In this document: positions 58,658 to 64,000 of the stretch, piece by piece
How the letters are laid out: every line of letters starts with the position of its first letter
Position numbering within the stretch: the first letter of the stretch is position 1
Assembly: GCA_002433055.1 (NCBI GenBank)
Contig: DJHJ01000002.1
Location: 401 to 64,400, forward strand
DNA length: 64,000 bases
From: Acidobacteriia bacterium UBA6623
GTDB lineage: Bacteria; Acidobacteriota; Terriglobia; Bryobacterales; UBA6623
Direction of reading: 5' to 3'
Notes under the pieces: generated by a model
The model's database searches: none
Told to the model about the DNA's origin: nothing
Seen by the model: only the letters and a program-made list of their open reading frames with translations
Program-made: the position numbers and the translations under genes

Positions 58658-61600
58658 TTACCAAGTATCTATGCAGGAACGCTTCTTTCCTTTGCGAGGC
58701 TCTGTCGGTGGTATTGCGGTAAGAGCATTCATAATCCAACGTCTTGATTCCGCTGGGTCTATTACTTCGTCGATTTCGAAATAACTTGCCGTACTGAGTG
58801 CTCCGCCTTTTTCGTACATTTCTGCGACCAATTTGTCGTACAAGGCTTTGCGTTCTTCAGGATCCGTGAGTGCAGCCAATTCTTTACGGTACCCCAATTT
58901 AACGGCACCTTCGAGGCCCATGCCACCGAACTCGCCGGTTGGCCAAGAGACCACAAAAAATGGGGCTTTGAAACCACCACCCGCCATGGCTTGTGATCCC
59001 AGACCATAGGCCTTCCGCAATACGATCGTAAAGAATGGCACAGTAACGCTTGAAGCTGTGACATACATTCGGCATGCATGACGCACCAAGGCTGTCTTCT
59101 CTACTTCGGGTCCGACCATGTTGCCCGGTGTGTCGCATAACATCAAGATCGGAATATCGAAGGCATCGCACAGTTGCATAAATCGAGTTGCTTTGTCGGC
59201 AGCATCTGCATCTATAGCTCCTCCAAGATGTTTTGGATTGCTAGCAATAACACCGACAGATCGTCCTTCGATACGCGTCAATGCAGTCACAACTCCAATG
59301 CCGAAGTGCTGTCTGATTTCTAAAACCGAATCCTTGTCCGCTAGAGTTTGAATGACTTCTCGGATGTCGTAAACACGTAACCGATTTTCGGGAACTATAT
59401 TTCGCAGCAGGCGCTGATCGGAACACTCCCACTCTTTGAGAGAACCTTGGAAGTAAGAAAGGTATTTCTTGGCTACCTGCACTGCTTCAATCTCATCGGT
59501 AACTGGAATATCTACTACTCCATTTGGTACTTGAACCTCCATTGGTCCGACCTCTTCCGGAGTAAAAACACCCAGCCCTCCTCCTTCGATCATCGCTGGA
59601 CCACCCATGCCAATATTCGAACCTTTAGTGGCAATGATGACATCACAACAACCAAGGACCACAGCGTTGCCAGCAAAACATCGTCCAGTTGTAATGCCAA
59701 TCATCGGTACGAGACCACTCAATTTTGCCCACAGATGGAATGTGGGCACATCGAGTCCAGCGGGAGTTGACCATTCAGTGTCACCAGGACGACCACCACC
59801 ACCTTCGGCAAAAAAGATTACAGGGAGCTGCCATTTTTCTGCTAGTGAAAACATCCGATCTTTCTTGTAATGGTTTTTGAACCCCTGTGTACCAGCCATG
59901 ACCGTATAGTCGTAGGACATTACGATGCAGCGAGCTTTGTCATGGCCAAACTGTTCCCCGTTTACACGACCAAATCCTGCCACCATGCCATCTGCGGGTG
60001 TGTTTTTAATTAAATCGTCCAGGGCGCGCCTATTACGTTGAGCCGCAATGACTAGAGGTCCGTATTCAACAAAGGAATCGGAGTCACATAAATCATCAAT
60101 ATTTTCACGCGTTGTTCGGTGATTGGTTTTACGTCGTTTGGCAACTGCTTCGGGGCGCGCAGAATCTAATACCGTCTCATGGCGGTGAATATTTTCTGCC
60201 AAGTCAGAACGAATATGGCTGAGATCTTGGTGGTCTGCGTCTTTGTCTGTTGGCACGTTTACTTCTCCTTTTTCGATGAAAACTAACGGCCGGTCTTCAT
60301 AGACGGAATCACCGACAGAAACATTAACTTGCTGCACGGTGCCACCAAGGTGGGCTGCAACAACATGTTCCATTTTCATCGATTCCATGATCAATAATCC
60401 TTGGCCCTTGTGGACTACATCACCTACATCAACTGTGACTTCGACAACTGTCCCTTGCATCGGTGATAAGACCGCTGCGATCGTCTCAGTTTCTTTCATC
60501 GTATCGAGTGAAGGAGTGGAAGGTTGCGTCACGGTACTGCCGTTGCTTGATTGTCCATAATCAAGCACTGCAAGTGGATCTAATGTGTCGACTTGAGCAC
60601 CGGCGGTTTCAGTCCTAGAAGCTGGTTTTTGAGTACCAGTAGTGAGTGTGTTCTTTGCAATGCCCGTGGTTAAATCCGCAATATGATCCTCGATGAAGCG
60701 TGTATACCAGGTTCCATTTTGAAACTTCGGGTGCCCAATCAAGTTTTGCAAGAATGGCAAATTTGTCTCTACACCTTCGATTTTACAGTCACTAAGTGCT
60801 TGTTTGGCTCGTTGTAGCGTTTCATCAAATCCACCCAGTGTTTCGTGAACAATAAGCTTTGCAAGGAGGGAATCATAGCGTGGGTTCGTGCTGTATCCGA
60901 CATAACCATACGTATCAGTACGGACACCTTCGTTGTCTGGTAGGGTGAACGTCGTTAGTGTTCCGCCCGAGTACCGTGCAGTGCCGTCGAGGTCCATTCT
61001 TTCCATGTTGACCCTCATTTGTATGGCGTAACCACGAAGTTCTACGGGTGAGGAAATTCTCAATTTTGATAATGAACTACCGCCGGCTAAAAGAATTTGT
61101 AGTTGTACTAAGTCAACACCGGTGACCTCTTCGGTGACAGTGTGCTCAACCTGTAGCCGTGCATTTGCTTCGATGAAAGAAAAGGCTTGCTCATCTGGTG
61201 CATCTTGGTTTCGATCGACGAGAAATTCAAAAGTCCCCAGGTTTTTATAGCGAGCCTCCTTGGCCAACTTGACCGCAGCATTACAGAGCATTTCACGCAA
61301 CTGCTTATTGAGTCCAGGTGCTGGTGCAATTTCCACTAGCTTCTGATGGCGTCTCTGGATGCTACATTCGCGTTCACCTAGATGAATGACTTTCCCAGAA
61401 TTATCTCCAACAACCTGTACTTCAATATGTCTTGCGTCCGTAACAAGTTGCTCGACATAGAGGTCCCCATTACCAAACGCCTGTTCGGCTTCGGAGCGGC
61501 TGCGTTCGTAGGCAGTTTCTATTTCGTCAGCGCAAGTTACCACACGCATCCCTCGGCCACCACCGCCAGTAAGCGCTTTGATCATCATTGCCCCGTTTGC

Positions 61601-62050
61601 AACCGAATGAAAAAACTCACGGGCTTCCTCGAGACTTGTTGCTCTAGAAGTACCTGGCAATACAGGAACAAGACAGCTCTCGGCTAATGCACGGGCGCGT
61701 GCTTTGTCTCCAAATAATTCTAAAGTTTCTGGTCGAGGTCCAATAAACGTAATATTTTCTTCGGAGCAGCGTCTTGCGAAAGTGCCGTTTTCACTCAGGA
61801 ATCCATAACCGGGATGGATTGCGTCACATTCGTTATCCCGAGCAACGGCTATAAGTTGTTCAATGTCGAGGTAGGCTCTTGCACCTCGTCCTTGGAGGAT
61901 AATTGCATGATCAGCCTTATGGGTATGCAATGAAGTTGCATCGTCTTCAGGGGACACAGTTACAGTTCGGATACCCAAATCACCGGCTGCACGCAGGATC
62001 CGAACTGCTATTTCACCGCGGTTTGCGACGAGAAGACTTTTTACGCCCAT
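58658..62050 (-). CDS. Single-chain biotin-dependent acyl-CoA carboxylase (biotin carboxylase, BCCP and carboxyltransferase fused)
   Basis: N-terminal BC (LLVANRGEIAVRI, GGGGRGMR, ATP-grasp). BCCP with IMESMKMEH (biotinyl-Lys codon 60374-60376). The C-terminal ~520 aa is a crotonase-fold CT domain (GGGRPGD, GGAID..., AYGLG). Confidence 0.9.
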   Translation of the reverse strand: MGVKSLLVANRGEIAVRILRAAGDLGIRTVTVSPEDDATSLHTHKADHAIILQGRGARAYLDIEQLIAVARDNECDAIHPGYGFLSENGTFARRCSEENITFIGPRPETLELFGDKARARALAESCLVPVLPGTSRATSLEEAREFFHSVANGAMMIKALTGGGGRGMRVVTCADEIETAYERSRSEAEQAFGNGDLYVEQLVTDARHIEVQVVGDNSGKVIHLGERECSIQRRHQKLVEIAPAPGLNKQLREMLCNAAVKLAKEARYKNLGTFEFLVDRNQDAPDEQAFSFIEANARLQVEHTVTEEVTGVDLVQLQILLAGGSSLSKLRISSPVELRGYAIQMRVNMERMDLDGTARYSGGTLTTFTLPDNEGVRTDTYGYVGYSTNPRYDSLLAKLIVHETLGGFDETLQRAKQALSDCKIEGVETNLPFLQNLIGHPKFQNGTWYTRFIEDHIADLTTGIAKNTLTTGTQKPASRTETAGAQVDTLDPLAVLDYGQSSNGSTVTQPSTPSLDTMKETETIAAVLSPMQGTVVEVTVDVGDVVHKGQGLLIMESMKMEHVVAAHLGGTVQQVNVSVGDSVYEDRPLVFIEKGEVNVPTDKDADHQDLSHIRSDLAENIHRHETVLDSARPEAVAKRRKTNHRTTRENIDDLCDSDSFVEYGPLVIAAQRNRRALDDLIKNTPADGMVAGFGRVNGEQFGHDKARCIVMSYDYTVMAGTQGFKNHYKKDRMFSLAEKWQLPVIFFAEGGGGRPGDTEWSTPAGLDVPTFHLWAKLSGLVPMIGITTGRCFAGNAVVLGCCDVIIATKGSNIGMGGPAMIEGGGLGVFTPEEVGPMEVQVPNGVVDIPVTDEIEAVQVAKKYLSYFQGSLKEWECSDQRLLRNIVPENRLRVYDIREVIQTLADKDSVLEIRQHFGIGVVTALTRIEGRSVGVIASNPKHLGGAIDADAADKATRFMQLCDAFDIPILMLCDTPGNMVGPEVEKTALVRHACRMYVTASSVTVPFFTIVLRKAYGLGSQAMAGGGFKAPFFVVSWPTGEFGGMGLEGAVKLGYRKELAALTDPEERKALYDKLVAEMYEKGGALSTASYFEIDEVIDPAESRRWIMNALTAIPPTEPRKGKKRSCIDTW

Positions 62051-62178
62051 AAAGGCAATCTTAGCGTGCTGGCGTCATAATATGAATATTTCAAACGAGA
62101 GATGTACAGAAACAAGGAAACGGAAATACCACTGGAGCCGTCCTTGGATGAATATGGCACTGTTTCCATTATTCTGAG

Positions 62179-63009
62179 ATGAACTCAATGCAAAAAACAC
62201 TTTCGACGATTGCTCCAATCATCCTTTTGGCCGTTACCTTGTCCGGATGTGCACCTGCGCCGCTCGGTAGGAACTATTGGAATCAGGCCCACCGTCAGTT
62301 TGAACAAGGTGACTATGCCGACACGCTTGCTTATTTGAACGACATACTCTCGCGCGATACAGACTATGACAATCGTGCGTCAGGTTGGAAAGTTGTGATT
62401 TTGGGAGCGATGACTCGTGCTGCTGTCGAATGGGAGGAAGCTTGCGGCGAGGGAGTGTATTTTGTTCCTCAGTGGGAATCGAAAAGCTATCGAATCTGTA
62501 TTGAACAGTATCGCCGACAGACAAAAACGCGTCTCTTAGCATTGCTCGATGCGATAAAAGAATTTGAACAGGTCACTCAAGATTTCAAAATAGTCAAATT
62601 AGCCTTTCCTCTCCCGGCCGCTAGTGTAGTGGCGTCACCTATCCTGCGCCGCATAAAAGTTGGCAATATGCCGCCAAGCGACGACATTTTAGATGCGGCA
62701 GCTGCTAGGACGCTCGATCGTCATTTCATCCTTCAATCTCTAGATGTTGTTGGCGTCAAAGACTCCGATGTTTTGAGAAGTCGCTTCACCTCACTTCCGG
62801 TGCAGACCACAAAAACACAGTTCCTTCTCGGTGTTGCACGAACGCTGGAGCAAGCATCTTCTGTTTTCGAAGCCGGCCGGCTTAATGACAACGTCCGTCG
62901 AAAATTAGTCCTTAAGCGAGCTCGCGAGTGTCTACGCCTAGCTCTTGAAGACGACAATGAGGCTGTGAAAAATGCAGCACGGGCTTTGGCACGTAAAACG
63001 CGTGGGTAA
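62179..63009 (+). CDS. Hypothetical lipoprotein
   Basis: Lipobox LSGC at residues 21-24 after a hydrophobic leader. Helical/TPR-like composition with no family recognised. Confidence 0.5.
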   Translation: MNSMQKTLSTIAPIILLAVTLSGCAPAPLGRNYWNQAHRQFEQGDYADTLAYLNDILSRDTDYDNRASGWKVVILGAMTRAAVEWEEACGEGVYFVPQWESKSYRICIEQYRRQTKTRLLALLDAIKEFEQVTQDFKIVKLAFPLPAASVVASPILRRIKVGNMPPSDDILDAAAARTLDRHFILQSLDVVGVKDSDVLRSRFTSLPVQTTKTQFLLGVARTLEQASSVFEAGRLNDNVRRKLVLKRARECLRLALEDDNEAVKNAARALARKTRG

Positions 63010-63135
63010 ACAGCACTTAAAACATTAGAGGATAGCTTCTAGAATCAATGATATTGAGAAGTGAGTTGATATAATGACATCTCGTCGAGTAGAGGAGTGC
63101 GTGTAGCTTCTCTTATAGACGGACTTTTTCCTGCC

Positions 63136-63211
63136 GGGCGCGTAGCTCAATTGGCAGAGCAAGTGACTCTTAATCACTAGGTTGAAGGTTCGATTCCTTC
63201 CGCGCTCACCA
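63136..63211 (+). tRNA. tRNA-Lys (anticodon CTT), CCA encoded
   Basis: 76 nt. Acceptor GGGCGCG/CGCGCTC, D-arm GCTC-AATTGGCA-GAGC, anticodon arm AGTGA-CTCTTAA-TCACT, T-arm GAAGG-TTCGATT-CCTTC, and ACCA end. Confidence 0.95.
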
Positions 63212-63220
63212 TCACTTTTC

Positions 63221-64000
63221 TTACAAGCTGAGAGGTTCAAGAGGTAATGGGCCCGTGGAGTCCTTTCCGAGTGATTCGACAGAGATGCCCATGCTGTCTA
63301 ATAGGGTCAGATGGAGATTTGTCAGAGGCGTATCTTTTGGGTATCCAATGTGACGTCCGCCAGTACCGACGCCACCTCCGGCAAGTAGGATTGGTAAGTT
63401 GTAAGAACCATGGGAATTGCCATCCGACATGCCGGCACCATAGATGATCATTGAGTTGTCAAGTAAGGTTGAATCACCGTCGGGAGTCGAAGACAACTTT
63501 TTGACAAAAGCTGTGAATAGCTCTACATGGTATCGATTGATTCTTCGTAGTTTCTCAAGTTTTACAGGATCTTTCTGGTGGTGCGAGATTGGATGATGGG
63601 CGTCAGGTACACCGATCTCGGGGTAAGTGCGGCCTGTAATCTCTCGTCCCATCATGAAGGTAGCTACACGGGTTAAGTCTGTTTCATACGCAAGCGCGAG
63701 TAGATCAAACATTAGTTTGGCGTGTGCACCGAACGTATTCGGGATACCTGCTGGTTGGTCTACGACAGATAGGGTTCGTCCGTCTTGTTTTTCGGCGATT
63801 TGAATGCGCCGTTCGATGCTACGGACAGCTTCAAGATACTGATCCAATTTGACTCGATCATTTGCGCCAAGTCGCCGTGATAAGTCTTTTGCTCGTTCCA
63901 TAATCGAATCGAGCAAGCTCGCATCTCTCGCGAGCCGCACTTGGCGAATTTGTGGGCTTGTGCTGCCACTGTCACCAAAAAGTCGCTCAAAGACCACACG
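63221..64000 (-). CDS. DUF1552 domain-containing protein; C-terminal part only, the gene continues beyond the window end
   Basis: The ORF runs off the right edge. Motifs DAHHPISHH, YGAGMSDGNSH and HLTLL are typical of the DUF1552 family that co-occurs with DUF1501/DUF1553-type genes. Confidence 0.75.
   Translation of the reverse strand, partial: RVVFERLFGDSGSTSPQIRQVRLARDASLLDSIMERAKDLSRRLGANDRVKLDQYLEAVRSIERRIQIAEKQDGRTLSVVDQPAGIPNTFGAHAKLMFDLLALAYETDLTRVATFMMGREITGRTYPEIGVPDAHHPISHHQKDPVKLEKLRRINRYHVELFTAFVKKLSSTPDGDSTLLDNSMIIYGAGMSDGNSHGSYNLPILLAGGGVGTGGRHIGYPKDTPLTNLHLTLLDSMGISVESLGKDSTGPLPLEPLSL

Noticed and set aside
63025-63240. 71-aa minus-strand ORF
   Set aside because: It overlaps the well-folding tRNA-Lys(CTT) at 63136..63211, so it is a spurious ORF.
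1-64000. Looked for CRISPR arrays, IS elements or transposases, integrases next to the two tRNAs, toxin-antitoxin pairs and known defence-system genes
   Set aside because: I recognised no direct-repeat arrays, no transposase, integrase or recombinase-like ORFs, and no defence-type domain combinations. The window appears to be core chromosome.

Overview
This 64 kb window looks like a gene-dense chromosomal segment from a PVC-type bacterium. Planctomycetota-like is the best guess; Verrucomicrobiota or Acidobacteriota cannot be excluded. The taxonomic guess rests on the gene content: two DUF1501 genes, a PSCyt/DUF1549/DUF1553 giant protein, DUF1552, DUF1080, ThuA and many Tat/Sec-exported oxidoreductases.

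I support about 49 protein genes and 2 tRNAs, Leu-CAG and Lys-CTT. I found no rRNA, CRISPR array, transposase, integrase or prophage signature.

Housekeeping genes:
- ileS, dnaJ, grpE, purQ-purL-purF, tmk, hisA and nagA
- an NtrY/NtrX-like two-component pair
- an ABC-2 exporter
- a TonB-dependent receptor
- a fused BC-BCCP-CT carboxylase

The most interesting signal is a probable unannotated selenoprotein at 31172..32425. The ORF track starts this gene at a GTG (31379). The same frame is open upstream through a single in-frame TGA (31346-31348) back to an ATG at 31172. That extension adds a signal peptide and a thioredoxin-fold motif reading C-E-P-U (CxxU). A SECIS-like hairpin with a GGU-containing loop and a bulged U lies just downstream of the TGA. 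The gene is translationally coupled to a DsbD-alpha-like exported protein.

Other points worth a second look:
- a roughly 110-aa insertion in IleS after the KMSKS loop
- an AT-rich 570-bp leader with AGTTGCA(ACT) palindromes upstream of the TonB receptor
- a MauE/DoxX-thioredoxin fusion
- a possible purS relic
- a HEAT-repeat protein with a lipoyl-like domain
- a cell-wall/amino-sugar recycling cluster with an unknown coupled gene

All family assignments come from motif recognition by eye. No alignments or searches were run.
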